Positions 9,340 through 20,551 of a stretch of 64,000 nt of DNA are shown here, one piece after another. Numbering within the stretch: the first letter of the stretch is position 1; each line of letters begins with the position of its first letter. Under the pieces are notes generated by a model. That model was not told the DNA's origin and ran no database searches. It saw only the letters and a list, made by a program, of their open reading frames with translations. The DNA comes from Promethearchaeota archaeon (lineage in GTDB: Archaea; Asgardarchaeota; Lokiarchaeia; Sigyniarchaeales; SOKP01). The stretch is taken from the NCBI GenBank assembly GCA_019057795.1, contig JAHLWS010000078.1:128001-192000 (forward strand), read 5' to 3'. The position numbers and the translations under genes were made by a program.

Positions 9340-10605
9340 TTAATTTTTTTTTTCAAGTTTGAAGATTTTGTCGTTTTTTTTGACAGGTGTATCAACTAAA
9401 ATACCTACAGTAAGTCGTTGAGTTTTCGATTTAACTAAGGGTGTTTCAGTTAGATTACTCTTTTTTTTAATCTGCAGTGAATTAATTATTTGACGCAAAT
9501 ATGTATCAGTATGAGTTCCAATTATAAAAATCTCGTCCTTCAATTTTAATTTACCTGCAGTTAATAGTATTTTAGCCGCTTTTTTTTCCGAGTAATAAGA
9601 AAGAACTTTTCCAATTTCGACTTTTTTATAATTCGAGATATTTCCATCAAATTCTCGTAGAATTTCGCTTCCTTTTGGGCGCTCAAAGTAGAATCCCGTT
9701 GAAAAACCTCTGTTATACACCTTACTTAATCGTGTGAGCCATCCTTTGACCTTCTCTTGGGTAAATGTATTATCGTAATAAGCGTCAATTGCTTCTTTGT
9801 AGCAAGAAGTAGTTTCTTCGATATAGATTGGGTCTCTCATGCGACCCTCTATTTTAAAAGCGTCGATTTTAGCTTCTATTAATTCGGGGATATGCTCGAT
9901 TAAACACAAATCTTTTGCGTTGATGAAAAAAACTCCATCATAGAGAAATTCGTTTGATTGATCGTCGTATACGCGCCATCTTCTACGACAAGGTTGAACA
10001 CACCTTCCTCTGTTAGCAGAATACTCTTGAGACTCACATGTTTCGGCCGAGAAATAACAACGACCGGATACCGAAGTACATTGAGCACCGTGCACAAAAG
10101 TTTCAATTTCAGCCTTTTTTATTTTACTTTTTATTTCTTTAATTTGTTTCAGAGATAATTCTCTAGCAAGAATTAATCTTTGGGCTCCCAAATCTTCATA
10201 GAATTTTGCAGATCGAGAGTTCGAAATATTAGCTTGAGTTGAGATGTGAAAGGGTAATCCTTTCTCTTTGACGACTTCAATAGCTCCAATGTCGTGAATT
10301 ATGACGGCATCAATCTCTGCTTCTGCGGCTTTATCTAAAATAATATTGAAGAGGTCGAACTCGTTTTCATATATTATTATGTTCGTAGTCATATAAGCCT
10401 TAATATTATTGTTATGGCATTTTTTCACTATATTGTTTAACTCTTCTAATCTGAAATTATCGCTAAACATTCTCATGTTAAAAGCTTCTATGCCAAAATA
10501 GACCGCATCAGCTTTACCTAAAACAGCGTTTAAGGATTTATAGTTTTTTAAAGGCGCCATTAGTTCCAGTCTTTTATTAGCTGTATCCAACATTTTCAAT
10601 ATCAA
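9340..10605 (-). CDS. Peptidase U32 family protein (probable Fe-S RNA hydroxylation factor)
   Basis: ELMAP, ADAVYFG, HISTQAN, LARELSL, HGAQC..SGRC, NRGRCVQPCR, KIEGR. Confidence 0.9.
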   Translation of the reverse strand: MILKMLDTANKRLELMAPLKNYKSLNAVLGKADAVYFGIEAFNMRMFSDNFRLEELNNIVKKCHNNNIKAYMTTNIIIYENEFDLFNIILDKAAEAEIDAVIIHDIGAIEVVKEKGLPFHISTQANISNSRSAKFYEDLGAQRLILARELSLKQIKEIKSKIKKAEIETFVHGAQCTSVSGRCYFSAETCESQEYSANRGRCVQPCRRRWRVYDDQSNEFLYDGVFFINAKDLCLIEHIPELIEAKIDAFKIEGRMRDPIYIEETTSCYKEAIDAYYDNTFTQEKVKGWLTRLSKVYNRGFSTGFYFERPKGSEILREFDGNISNYKKVEIGKVLSYYSEKKAAKILLTAGKLKLKDEIFIIGTHTDTYLRQIINSLQIKKKSNLTETPLVKSKTQRLTVGILVDTPVKKNDKIFKLEKKN

Positions 10606-10655
10606 CTTATGTAAAATTACAAATCTTGAATAAAAAAAAAAATTGATAGATTTTA

Positions 10656-12377
10656 TTAAATTGCGGTAAACCAGAGATAGAAAAGGAAGGCGCCAATACC
10701 AAAGAATATCACTGCTAAGATATAAGTCATATGCTTCGAGTAATTGCGATATCGTTTGCCCGATTCTGTCTCAATCGTGTCGACTTGAAGGTATGGACCT
10801 GGACCTCTTCTATACCACCCTTTAATTCTTACTCGTTGTCCTACTAATCTGTTAGCTTTCGAAAGAGCCCAAAAAAAGTCTACCAGGCCAAATCCGAATC
10901 GGTAATCGATGTACATTAGGCCGGTGTTATCTTGGAAGTATAGATCTTCTCCAAAGTAATAACCTGGAATTCCTTTTCCCACTATTTTCCCTTCGATAAT
11001 TGCAGGAACTGGACGAATTGGCGATACTTTTATGTTGGTAATTAATTCAACTATGTTACTAGGTTCAAACTCGCTTCGATACATAAAAGAAGTTCGTCCT
11101 ATAACTCCCAAACCCATAATGAAAAATCCAATAGCCCATAGAAGAATCAAATTGTTTAATGTAATTAAGGTTCCTATGGATATCAAACCTATTAATCCCA
11201 GGATCCAGATGGCTGTCATTCCAGCTAATATTATAAGAATAATCGTTGGCAACTGTTTAATGAAAATATCGGTAATGAATTCGCCGACCATAGATTTTCC
11301 TACTTGTTGTTCTTTAATAATTCTTGCCTCAGAAAAATCATATTCAACAGGTACTCCATAGGTGGCACATTGTCCATTTAATCGTTGGATTCTTTTCGCA
11401 GGTAAAGGATGGGTGCTAAATACTTGAAAATATTTTGCCCAAGGATTAAAAAGATCCCATCCTGCGGCTGCTTGAACTACTCTCTTCGAAACGCGACCAT
11501 GATTGTCCATACTTTGCGCAGCTAACTGACTCGCTTTCTTCGGATCGAAAATCCCCAAACCTCGAAGTCCTCTTACGCTTGATTTTTGCCTTTCTTTTAT
11601 TTCAGCTTCGGTACCGCCCGCTATCAATCCATACGCTATTTTGACTAAAGCTGTGGATAATGTATTTGGGTTTTCAGTCAACTCAGCAGCGTGTTGATCC
11701 GCAAAATATTCTCGAATTCGACTAACGAATAAAGACACTAAGTATCCAATATAATAAGAAATATAAGATACAACTGCGACGACAATTAATACTAAAACAA
11801 TATAACTTCCTGCATCATCATCTTTAGAGCTTCTGAATAGGCCTGAAAAACGAACGGTGAAGTAAGCCCATCGGGCTATCGTTAATAAAATTAAAGGAAT
11901 AGCAAAAACTACTGTCATTAAAATGAAATCATTGTGTACAACGTGTCCTAATTCGTGAGCAACTACTGCACTTTGTTCGCCTTCGTCTAAATAATGTAAT
12001 ATTCCGTCAGTGATTACAATTCTCGCGCTATTCTTTGTATAACCAAATGTAAAGGCTTGGGGGTTTAAATCGTGAATTATTCCCATTCTAGGTGTTTTAA
12101 TCCCCCGAATTGCCACAACTTTATCTATTACATCTGCTAAATGTGGATATTGGTGTGCATAAACTTCGTAGGGAATCCAATCGATTCTGTAAATTAATCT
12201 TATCATTAATGGGGAAATTCCATATTGAAACAGTATGATTAAAACAGTAAAACCAATCATTAAAGACAAACCTAATAGATTACTTGGTAAAAACCAAACT
12301 CCGATAGTAAAAACCAACGCATAGATAAGGCCAAATAAGAATAAAATTGCCATTGTTGATGCTAATTTCAATCCCAT
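10656..12377 (-). CDS. M48/HtpX zinc metalloprotease with C-terminal extension
   Basis: AHELGH, SRIREYFAD, FSTHP and TM helices. Confidence 0.9.
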   Translation of the reverse strand: MGLKLASTMAILFLFGLIYALVFTIGVWFLPSNLLGLSLMIGFTVLIILFQYGISPLMIRLIYRIDWIPYEVYAHQYPHLADVIDKVVAIRGIKTPRMGIIHDLNPQAFTFGYTKNSARIVITDGILHYLDEGEQSAVVAHELGHVVHNDFILMTVVFAIPLILLTIARWAYFTVRFSGLFRSSKDDDAGSYIVLVLIVVAVVSYISYYIGYLVSLFVSRIREYFADQHAAELTENPNTLSTALVKIAYGLIAGGTEAEIKERQKSSVRGLRGLGIFDPKKASQLAAQSMDNHGRVSKRVVQAAAGWDLFNPWAKYFQVFSTHPLPAKRIQRLNGQCATYGVPVEYDFSEARIIKEQQVGKSMVGEFITDIFIKQLPTIILIILAGMTAIWILGLIGLISIGTLITLNNLILLWAIGFFIMGLGVIGRTSFMYRSEFEPSNIVELITNIKVSPIRPVPAIIEGKIVGKGIPGYYFGEDLYFQDNTGLMYIDYRFGFGLVDFFWALSKANRLVGQRVRIKGWYRRGPGPYLQVDTIETESGKRYRNYSKHMTYILAVIFFGIGAFLFYLWFTAI

Positions 12378-12591
12378 TTCGATTCACTTAAAGTTCTAAT
12401 TTTACTTTACTAATTTTGGATAAATTTATTTATTATTTTATAATAAATCGTTAATAATATTCATGTAACATTAACTAATTAATATTTTCTATTAGATTTG
12501 TAAGTTTGACAATATTCAATATTCCGAAAAGAATAAAATAGAATTTTCTTACTAATATTTCAACAAGACTTGCAATATTCATTTAGGTGGT

Positions 12592-13221
12592 TTGGTTATA
12601 AATACCGATTTAAAGCGCTTATATAAAGTTACAGATAATCTTATTAAACAACAGTTTTATTTAAGTGGTAGCGATACAATTATCGGTAGAACGCCTGAAA
12701 TATCAATTAAAATAAAAAGCTCTGGTCTAGTTGTTAAAAGATTTACGGATCTCTTTAACGATAATATTCAATTGTTTTTAGAAGGTAATTACCTAAGCTT
12801 TTTTCAACCTTTTAAAATAATTAAAGGAATTGACGATAATTACATAAGAGAAATATATCAAGATATACAAATCAAATTAACGGCAATGCATGGTACGGAT
12901 TTTGATGTAGTAATTTTATATACAATTGTATTAAGTTCTTTAATTACAAGTATTCGAGACATACACTTTGATAAGTCAGTACAAGAAGTTATTAAAAGAG
13001 TATGGAAGAAATCAGATAAAATGAGCCAAAAACAAATTCAGATTGAATTGGATAAATTGTATATGCATAATAACAAAAATGTTTCGATTTTATATAATAT
13101 TTCCTATCTTGATGCGTTAGCAGAATCCTTTCATTTTATGAAGACTGCTCGCACATGCAAAATCCAAAAAAGCAAATATATTAACCGTATTGTAAATTTG
13201 ATACTTTTTTCAAAGAACTAA
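12592..13221 (+). CDS. Hypothetical protein
   Basis: 209 aa ORF, TTG start after aggtgg. Confidence 0.6.
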   Translation: MVINTDLKRLYKVTDNLIKQQFYLSGSDTIIGRTPEISIKIKSSGLVVKRFTDLFNDNIQLFLEGNYLSFFQPFKIIKGIDDNYIREIYQDIQIKLTAMHGTDFDVVILYTIVLSSLITSIRDIHFDKSVQEVIKRVWKKSDKMSQKQIQIELDKLYMHNNKNVSILYNISYLDALAESFHFMKTARTCKIQKSKYINRIVNLILFSKN

Positions 13222-13328
13222 GAATGTGATGATAAAACACCAAAAAATTAAAAAAAAAAATTTCTCTAACCAAATCCAAATTTGTTAGATGATAGAAAGC
13301 TTGTTTTGATTATATTTAAAATTGTTTA

Positions 13329-15278
13329 ATGCTTATCGATAATTGTAAGGCTAAATATATAATTGGTGATTATTTGTCCAACTATCGTAATGAAGACTTA
13401 TCCATTTTAATGAATAAATATAGTAAAAAAAAAGTATCAATTACAAAAGCGATTAAAAATTTCATAAAACCAGGAGACCGGATATTTATAGATTCAGGCT
13501 GTGCAGAACCAATAGATTTAACTAAGAAGCTAATAGAATTAGGTTTAGAACTTCCTGATGTAGAAATCCTGCACTTTCTTAGTTTAAGCGATTTAGATTA
13601 TTATGAAACGGCTGGTGGACTAGAAGATTTATTTAGACATAATGCTTTTTTTATAGGAAAATCACTTCGCAAATACATTAGAGACGGTCAAGCGGATTAC
13701 ACTCCAATTCTCTTATCTGAAATTCCTTGGTTATTTAAACTAGGTAAAATGCATTTAGATACCGCACTCATTCAAGTAAGCCCACCAGATAGATATGGCT
13801 TTTGTAGTTACGGTATTAATGTAGATATTGTTAAACCTATAGCAGAAAGTTCCGAATATGTAGTAGCCGAAATTAACCCCAATATGCCCCGCACATTAGG
13901 TGACTCGTTTATCCATATGGACGACATAGACGCGTTTATTATTTCTAATCACGATATTATTGAGTTCAGTTACGGAGAACCTGATGCTGTTTCTACTAAA
14001 ATAGCAAAATTTGTAGCATCCCTAATAGAAGATGAATCCACTATCCAAATGGGCATTGGTGAAATTCCAAATGCGGTTACTATCGAATTAGCAGATAAGA
14101 AAAATTTGGGGATACACAGTGAAGTTTTTTCAGATGGTATAGTAGATCTTGTCGAAAGTGGAGTTGTTACCTGTAAAAAAAAGACGATACATAAGGATAA
14201 AATAATCTGTTCTTTTGTTATGGGCACCAAACGATTATACGACTTTGTGGACGATAATCCAATGGTAGAATTTCATCCGTGCGATTATACAAATGATCCG
14301 TTTATAATTAGCAAGAACAAGAAGCAAATTGCGATTAACGCGGCGCTTTCTGTTGATTTAACTGGACAAGTAAATTCGGATTCGATTGGACATCAATTTT
14401 ATAGTGGAATTGGGGGACAAGTTGATTTTGTGAGGGGCGCTGCTCGATCTAAGAATGGGAAACCAATTATGGTTCTTCCTTCTACGGCCACTATGAAAGA
14501 TGGGACTTTAGTCTCTCGAATCGTTCCATTCCTTCAACCTGGTGCGGGAGTGGTAGTAACTAGAGGTGATGTACATTACATTGCAACTGAGTGGGGGTTA
14601 GCTTATCTTTATGGAAAAAGCATACGAGAAAGAGTTCTAGAAATGATTAACATCGCTCATCCGGATTTTCGAGAAGAACTATTAGAACACGCGAAAAAAT
14701 GGAATTATATCTATTCTGATCAGACCTTACCAGTTTCTATTGATGGTAGAATAAGCGTTTATCCCGAAAAATACGAAACTAAATTGGAGTTAAGGAATGG
14801 AAAAACCATCAAGATTCGTCCAGTAAAACCAACTGACGAAAGAATGATCCAAGAACTTCATTATTCCTTAGATGATAGAGATAGGTATTTTAGATTCTTT
14901 TCTCCCATGAAAGATTTTCGTCACAAGAAAATTCAACCCTTAGTTAATATCGATTATACTACAAATATGATATTAATAGGAGAATTTAACGAAAAAGGAA
15001 AAGATAATATTATTGCGATAGGGGCATTCTTTAAAACGTTCCAAGCCTCCTTCGGAGAAATTGCGTTTGTTGTTCATAGAGATTGGAGAAATTTAGGAAT
15101 TACTAAATTCTTTTTAAATTACTTAGTACAAATTGCTAAAGAACTCAATTATAGAACATTTGGCGGTTCAATTTTATTAGAAAATAAATCTATGCTCCAT
15201 GTTATTAATACATCTGGCTATACATTAAAAATAAAAAAGATTGAAGAAGGTGTTACTGAATTTGCCTTTGATCTGTAA
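13329..15278 (+). CDS. Acetyl-CoA hydrolase/4-hydroxybutyrate CoA-transferase fused to a GNAT domain
   Basis: QVSPPD, QMGIG, GIHSE, SGIGGQVDFVRGA; C-terminal EIAFVVHRDWRNLGI. Confidence 0.9.
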   Translation: MLIDNCKAKYIIGDYLSNYRNEDLSILMNKYSKKKVSITKAIKNFIKPGDRIFIDSGCAEPIDLTKKLIELGLELPDVEILHFLSLSDLDYYETAGGLEDLFRHNAFFIGKSLRKYIRDGQADYTPILLSEIPWLFKLGKMHLDTALIQVSPPDRYGFCSYGINVDIVKPIAESSEYVVAEINPNMPRTLGDSFIHMDDIDAFIISNHDIIEFSYGEPDAVSTKIAKFVASLIEDESTIQMGIGEIPNAVTIELADKKNLGIHSEVFSDGIVDLVESGVVTCKKKTIHKDKIICSFVMGTKRLYDFVDDNPMVEFHPCDYTNDPFIISKNKKQIAINAALSVDLTGQVNSDSIGHQFYSGIGGQVDFVRGAARSKNGKPIMVLPSTATMKDGTLVSRIVPFLQPGAGVVVTRGDVHYIATEWGLAYLYGKSIRERVLEMINIAHPDFREELLEHAKKWNYIYSDQTLPVSIDGRISVYPEKYETKLELRNGKTIKIRPVKPTDERMIQELHYSLDDRDRYFRFFSPMKDFRHKKIQPLVNIDYTTNMILIGEFNEKGKDNIIAIGAFFKTFQASFGEIAFVVHRDWRNLGITKFFLNYLVQIAKELNYRTFGGSILLENKSMLHVINTSGYTLKIKKIEEGVTEFAFDL

Positions 15279-15298
15279 CATTCATTAAAACAATTAGT

Positions 15299-16588
15299 TC
15301 ATTCCTTTTTAGCTTTTAAATATTTAGATATTTTCTTTGCTAACATTTCTTGTTTTTTCCAATTTCCATCAGCCAATCCTTTTGAAGTTAGTTCTGAAAT
15401 TACCTTTCTAATTTTTTCTTCGACCTTTTTCACTTTCTCATTCGCAAAAACTGTAAGAGGTAAGGGCATAAAAGTGTGCGTATGTATATTTGCTCCCATA
15501 TCAGACAAATCTTTCATTAATTTAATTGTGAGATCTACATCTTCCTCTGTTTCGTTAGGCAAGCTAAAAATAAAGTCTACATTTGCTAATAGGCCGTTTT
15601 CTATCGTCAATTTAACAGCTTTATAAACAGATTTAACAGAGTGACCTCTATTACACAAGTCTAAAATTCTCTGACTTCCCGATTGGGCTCCAATTGTTAT
15701 GTTATCATTAGTAGCGTATTTTAAAACCAATCCTAAAGTTTCATTAGTCACATGTTCAGGTCTAACTTCAGATGGAAACGATCCTAAGAATATCCTCCCT
15801 TTCGGTTTAATTATTTCTCTTATTTGAATTAATAATTCTTCTAATTGGGGAAGATTAAGCGTTTTTCCATCTAATGAGCCGTAAGAAAAAGCATTTGGAG
15901 TTATAAATCTTATATCTGTTTTATTAAAACTTTTCATAAATTTAACTGTTTTACAAATTGAGTTAATACTTCTATGTCTTGGAAGAGTTCCCAAAATATA
16001 AGGTGTTTGACAAAAATAACAAACATAAGGACAACCCCTAGTTATTTCAATTGCTCCAAACTTTACATTTTTAACAGGTAAAGGAGGATATTTATCCAAA
16101 TTGATCCATTGTCTTTTTTCAGTTAGTATAAAGTTATTACCTACATCAAGATAAGCAATTCCAGTTATATCATTAACATTCTCATCATTCTTAATCTTTT
16201 TAAGAATTTCTATTAGAGTTTCCTCGCCTTCGCCCTTCACGACTAAATCAAATCCCATTTCAAGAGTTCCTTCTGGATCACCTGTTGGATGAGGGCCACC
16301 CGCGATAAATAAAGCTCGTTGGATATATTTTTTCCGTAATATTTTAATTAAATCAAGAATCTCCCATAATTGAGTTGTAAAAAAAGATATTCCTACTACA
16401 ACTTTTTGATGATTTTGAATTATTTTTTCTAACTCGTCAATAAGGTTTTCATAGCCACGAATAAAATAAATCTTAATGTCATCTAACCCGCGCTCAGTTT
16501 CAATGGCACCAATTAACGCGTTGAAACTATAAATATTTTGTTTTTGATACAAAACAACTAATGCTATTTTTGATTGCAAATATAACAC
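15299..16588 (-). CDS. B12-binding radical SAM protein
   Basis: AGGPHPT, GEGE, EITRGCPYVCYFC. Confidence 0.9.
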   Translation of the reverse strand: MLYLQSKIALVVLYQKQNIYSFNALIGAIETERGLDDIKIYFIRGYENLIDELEKIIQNHQKVVVGISFFTTQLWEILDLIKILRKKYIQRALFIAGGPHPTGDPEGTLEMGFDLVVKGEGEETLIEILKKIKNDENVNDITGIAYLDVGNNFILTEKRQWINLDKYPPLPVKNVKFGAIEITRGCPYVCYFCQTPYILGTLPRHRSINSICKTVKFMKSFNKTDIRFITPNAFSYGSLDGKTLNLPQLEELLIQIREIIKPKGRIFLGSFPSEVRPEHVTNETLGLVLKYATNDNITIGAQSGSQRILDLCNRGHSVKSVYKAVKLTIENGLLANVDFIFSLPNETEEDVDLTIKLMKDLSDMGANIHTHTFMPLPLTVFANEKVKKVEEKIRKVISELTSKGLADGNWKKQEMLAKKISKYLKAKKE

Positions 16589-16690
16589 AACACAAAATAA
16601 GATATACTCTTTTTGGTATTATATATTTAAAGTATATTTTAAATTAATTCATAACAAAAAAATCAAATAAAATGTCAGAGTGATATAAAT

Positions 16691-17140
16691 ATGTTATTAA
16701 ATTGGTTTTTTGCAGAAACAGCACTTGAAGTAGGAAGATCCTGGTTTGACTTTTATTCAATAGGCCACATTTGTTTTGGTATAGGTTTGTTCCTTTTCTT
16801 TTCGCTGTTCTATACTATACCCAAAAAACATGGTAAAACGCCTATTTTCTCGCTAGTCTTCGTATTTATTCTTAGTTTCGCATTTATAATTTTATGGGAA
16901 GTTTTAGAGAATTTCTTGTTCATTGGATTGGGATGGAAATTTGAGAACCGGCTCGACAGTTGGCAAAATATTACAACAGACATCATAATAGGTATTCTCG
17001 GAAGTCTAATTTCTTGGCTCTTTTGTCACGAGGTTTTTGTGAAAGATAAAAACATTTGGGCTTATTATATTTTTGGTATTATCGGTTTTGGATTGTGGCT
17101 TGTTGTGTTTATTATACTACGCGCTCTTACAATAACCTAA
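16691..17140 (+). CDS. Membrane protein
   Basis: Four hydrophobic segments; D.YS.GH, WE..EN and DS..N...D pattern. Confidence 0.7.
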   Translation: MLLNWFFAETALEVGRSWFDFYSIGHICFGIGLFLFFSLFYTIPKKHGKTPIFSLVFVFILSFAFIILWEVLENFLFIGLGWKFENRLDSWQNITTDIIIGILGSLISWLFCHEVFVKDKNIWAYYIFGIIGFGLWLVVFIILRALTIT

Positions 17141-17231
17141 GCAAACCTTTTATTTCTAATATAAAACAATTTTTTTAATAACTTATTTTCTTTTTCTACT
17201 ATAGATTTTATGGTTTAAGGAAAAACTGAAT

Positions 17232-17969
17232 ATGGTAAATATTAAAGATTTTATTGAATATAACAGGGGATCAATTCCATTAATTATCTCCGTCCCTCAC
17301 GGCGGTACAACTAAATGTGACCATATACCTCAGAGAACTAACGGGATCCATGGATTAGATAAAGATACAATAAAATTAGCACGTGAGTTAATTGAAAAGA
17401 TTAAAAATGTCTTTAAATTTAAGACGCCATCCTATATCATATCAAAAATCCAGAGAGTAAAAATAGATTTTAATAGAAATTCATCTGAAGCATTTGATCA
17501 AAAATCAGAATTGGCTAAGAGAATTTATCGTTTTTACCATAATAAGATAGAAGAATTAATTTTATACAATTTAGAGACTTTCAATAGTTCAATGTTAATA
17601 GATATTCACGGATTTGAAAAAGACAAAAGACCAAAAGGATTTCGAGACGTTGAATTAATTTTAGGAACAAATAATTTAGAAACATTGTATCCTAATTCGA
17701 TCCCCAAAAGGGATTGGGGTAAAAATCTTCGGGGGAAAATAGTAAAGAAGTTTAACAATTTAAATATAGCCATAGCGCCCGGTCATCATTTAAGAAGAGA
17801 GTTTGTTTTGACAGGGGGTTATATCACGACGAAATATGGTGCAAGTCATATTAAAAATAGTCAAACCATTCAAATTGAATTTTCTGATAAAATTAGACTA
17901 TATGATAAAGAATTAAAAAATATAGTACTTTCAACGCTTGCAGATTTGCTATATAAAGAATTTGGATAA
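17232..17969 (+). CDS. N-formylglutamate amidohydrolase-like protein
   Basis: ISVPHGG, IDFNR, IDIHG, GGYIT, IQIEF. Confidence 0.8.
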   Translation: MVNIKDFIEYNRGSIPLIISVPHGGTTKCDHIPQRTNGIHGLDKDTIKLARELIEKIKNVFKFKTPSYIISKIQRVKIDFNRNSSEAFDQKSELAKRIYRFYHNKIEELILYNLETFNSSMLIDIHGFEKDKRPKGFRDVELILGTNNLETLYPNSIPKRDWGKNLRGKIVKKFNNLNIAIAPGHHLRREFVLTGGYITTKYGASHIKNSQTIQIEFSDKIRLYDKELKNIVLSTLADLLYKEFG

Positions 17970-18153
17970 AAAGCACTATAGATTTTATTGTAAATATTAA
18001 ATAGAATTTTTACTGTGTAAATAAAAGATTATTGATAGTAATTTCGCTTTATTGGTATTTATTTTAATTTTAAGATAACACATGAAGAAATTTATATAAA
18101 AACACACCATATAGGATATAAGAAGTGGAATTATTTAGATTACAGAAATTTCT

Positions 18154-18489
18154 ATGAACGAGGAAAAAATTGACATTAGCGATTTAGAATCATTCATCAA
18201 TGGTTTACAAGTCTCATTAGATATGCTTGCTGGCGCCGATCCTTCTAAATCAAAAGGATTTCAAGCCCAGTTAGCTAAAACAATATCGAACTTAAGAATA
18301 AAGAGAGTCGAGCAATTTGAGCCGTTACCTAAGATTTTAGGAAATGTAACGAAAGAAGACATTAAAAAGTACTTAACAAAAGAGTTAGAACAATTAATGC
18401 GTTATTTAGATACTCAAGAATACCCTAGAGGAAAATACGCTTTAGTAAAGAAAATCGTTCATTTAAGGGCTGAAATTAACCGAATGTAA
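18154..18489 (+). CDS. Hypothetical protein
   Basis: 111 aa ORF. Confidence 0.6.
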   Translation: MNEEKIDISDLESFINGLQVSLDMLAGADPSKSKGFQAQLAKTISNLRIKRVEQFEPLPKILGNVTKEDIKKYLTKELEQLMRYLDTQEYPRGKYALVKKIVHLRAEINRM

Positions 18490-18528
18490 TATGATGTTAT
18501 TTCTAAACCTTACTTTAATTATATAAAG

Positions 18529-19299
18529 GTGATTAAAATTCTAATTGATGTGCACTGTCACGCAAATCTTTATTTGGATATTGACAAAGTTATTAATGAA
18601 GCTAAAAATGTAGGAGTTGAAAAGATCATTGCTGTAGCAATGAGTTCTATAAGTCAAAGGAGAGTCTTAGAAATTGCTGATCAATATAAAGAGATTTATG
18701 CTGCTTTAGGAGTTCATCCCGAGGAGGTGAAAATGAATAGAAACATAGAAAATCAGTTAGAATCAATCATAGACTTAATCAAAACCAAAAAAGAAAATAT
18801 ATGTGCTATTGGAGAAATTGGTTTAGATCACTATTTCGTTAAAGATAAAGAGTTATATCCTCTTCAAAAGACAATTTTTGATAAAATGTTATTGCTCGCT
18901 CAAGGTTTGGAACTCCCAGTTAATCTCCACACAAAAGGAGCTGAAAAAATAATTTTTGATACCCTGCCTTCATATAAAATTCCTAATGTCAATATTCATT
19001 GGTATTCAGGACCAGAAATTTTTTTAAAAAAAGGAATCGATAGAGGTTATTTCTTTTCTATTACCCCTGCTCTTAGTTATTCTCCACCGGTAAAAAAAAC
19101 GGTTTTAACTGTGGATATAGAACATTTACTTCTAGAAAGCGATGGTCCAGTTAAATATACAAGAAAAGTTGGTACACCCGCTATGATAAGAGATGTTTTA
19201 AACACTATATCAAAATTAAAAGAAATTCCGGTAATTGTGTTAGAAAACCAAATATTAGATAATACAAGAAAAATTTTTCCTAAAATTTTTGAAAACTAG
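18529..19299 (+). CDS. tatD: TatD family DNase
   Basis: DVHCH, GVHP, IGEIGLD, LLESDGP. Confidence 0.9.
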   Translation: MIKILIDVHCHANLYLDIDKVINEAKNVGVEKIIAVAMSSISQRRVLEIADQYKEIYAALGVHPEEVKMNRNIENQLESIIDLIKTKKENICAIGEIGLDHYFVKDKELYPLQKTIFDKMLLLAQGLELPVNLHTKGAEKIIFDTLPSYKIPNVNIHWYSGPEIFLKKGIDRGYFFSITPALSYSPPVKKTVLTVDIEHLLLESDGPVKYTRKVGTPAMIRDVLNTISKLKEIPVIVLENQILDNTRKIFPKIFEN

Positions 19300-20309
19300 C
19301 TACTATTTTCTTCCAGTAATTCAATTACTTCATCGGGAAATTGTTCTCCTTTATTTTTCATGCGTTCAAACATGTCCTTAACTTCAGAAATCGTATTTCC
19401 ATAAATATGCAGAGAATTGCTAAAATCTAAGTAATGACCCATCCCTACGCCGAGCTGTTCAGCAACATATTTCTGAATTCGAATCATTCCATTTACATTT
19501 GCTTCCCACGCTCTAAATAAATCTCTGCTTCTCCAAGTTGTTTGCATTATTAATTTATCATCTTTCACTCGCATATAAATTCTCTGAAGACAGGGAGGGT
19601 CGATATGAAAGGGATCAACAAGTGGACGCCATGTAATTGCTTGAGCTCTGCGCGAATAAGGTTTTTCTTTCAATTTGTTAATTATATATTCAATTTGATC
19701 TATTTTTGGGAATTTAATTACTTCAATTGGTATCTTTTGAATTCCAACTTGCTCTGATATTTTTTTATTTAAATCGAAGTCAACAAGATTTTTCAATTTC
19801 CAAATTATTGATTCGCCAGATGTCTGGACCTTTTCTGACTTCAATAGTTTTTGGTGTTTTTTGACAAAGTCATTATCAACTAATTCTAAATCGTAATTAA
19901 CATGGATAGAATCCTCTAGGGAATAGGGAGAATAATTAAATATTCGATCGTGATAGGAATACGGAAAACTCGAGCCAGAATCCCAGATATAATGATCATT
20001 TACGCCCTCCATAATCTCTTCAATGTAACCACTTTGGATTGATCCGATTAAATAGGTATCTGCCATACAACCGTATACTTCAAAAGAGTTTCCATACTTT
20101 GATCTAATTTTCATTACTTTATCTTTACGCATAATCGGACTACTTATAGGATCTTTTATTTCTATTAATACAGTAGCATCTTTAGATGGAAGATCTTCTT
20201 GTTTATCGTACTCTGTTTTAATATCGTCACCGTTATATAAAACTTGAGCCACAGCTGAAAGCCACGCGTCTCGAACTGTTTTTTTGGAAATAAATATAAC
20301 TTGAGCCAT
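19296..20309 (-). CDS. thyA: Archaeal-type thymidylate synthase
   Basis: DQIEYII, SRRAQAITW, PPCLQ, RSRD, SLHIY. Confidence 0.85.
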   Translation of the reverse strand: MAQVIFISKKTVRDAWLSAVAQVLYNGDDIKTEYDKQEDLPSKDATVLIEIKDPISSPIMRKDKVMKIRSKYGNSFEVYGCMADTYLIGSIQSGYIEEIMEGVNDHYIWDSGSSFPYSYHDRIFNYSPYSLEDSIHVNYDLELVDNDFVKKHQKLLKSEKVQTSGESIIWKLKNLVDFDLNKKISEQVGIQKIPIEVIKFPKIDQIEYIINKLKEKPYSRRAQAITWRPLVDPFHIDPPCLQRIYMRVKDDKLIMQTTWRSRDLFRAWEANVNGMIRIQKYVAEQLGVGMGHYLDFSNSLHIYGNTISEVKDMFERMKNKGEQFPDEVIELLEENSS

Positions 20310-20551
20310 AATTTTAAACCTCTAAACATTCACTTAACATGTTAATTTTTTAGTATTATAATTTTATTGTTAAAACTTTAACAAAATGATATTTTTGTTA
20401 TACTATATCAAAATTCGATTACATTCGATTACATTTATCGATTATACATAAATAAATAATAATTTTTTATTAAAAATTACCAACAATATTTTATATTCAA
20501 ACTTATTTAGTCTTCTAAAGAGATTATGAAATTATTGGAGAGATTGATAAG

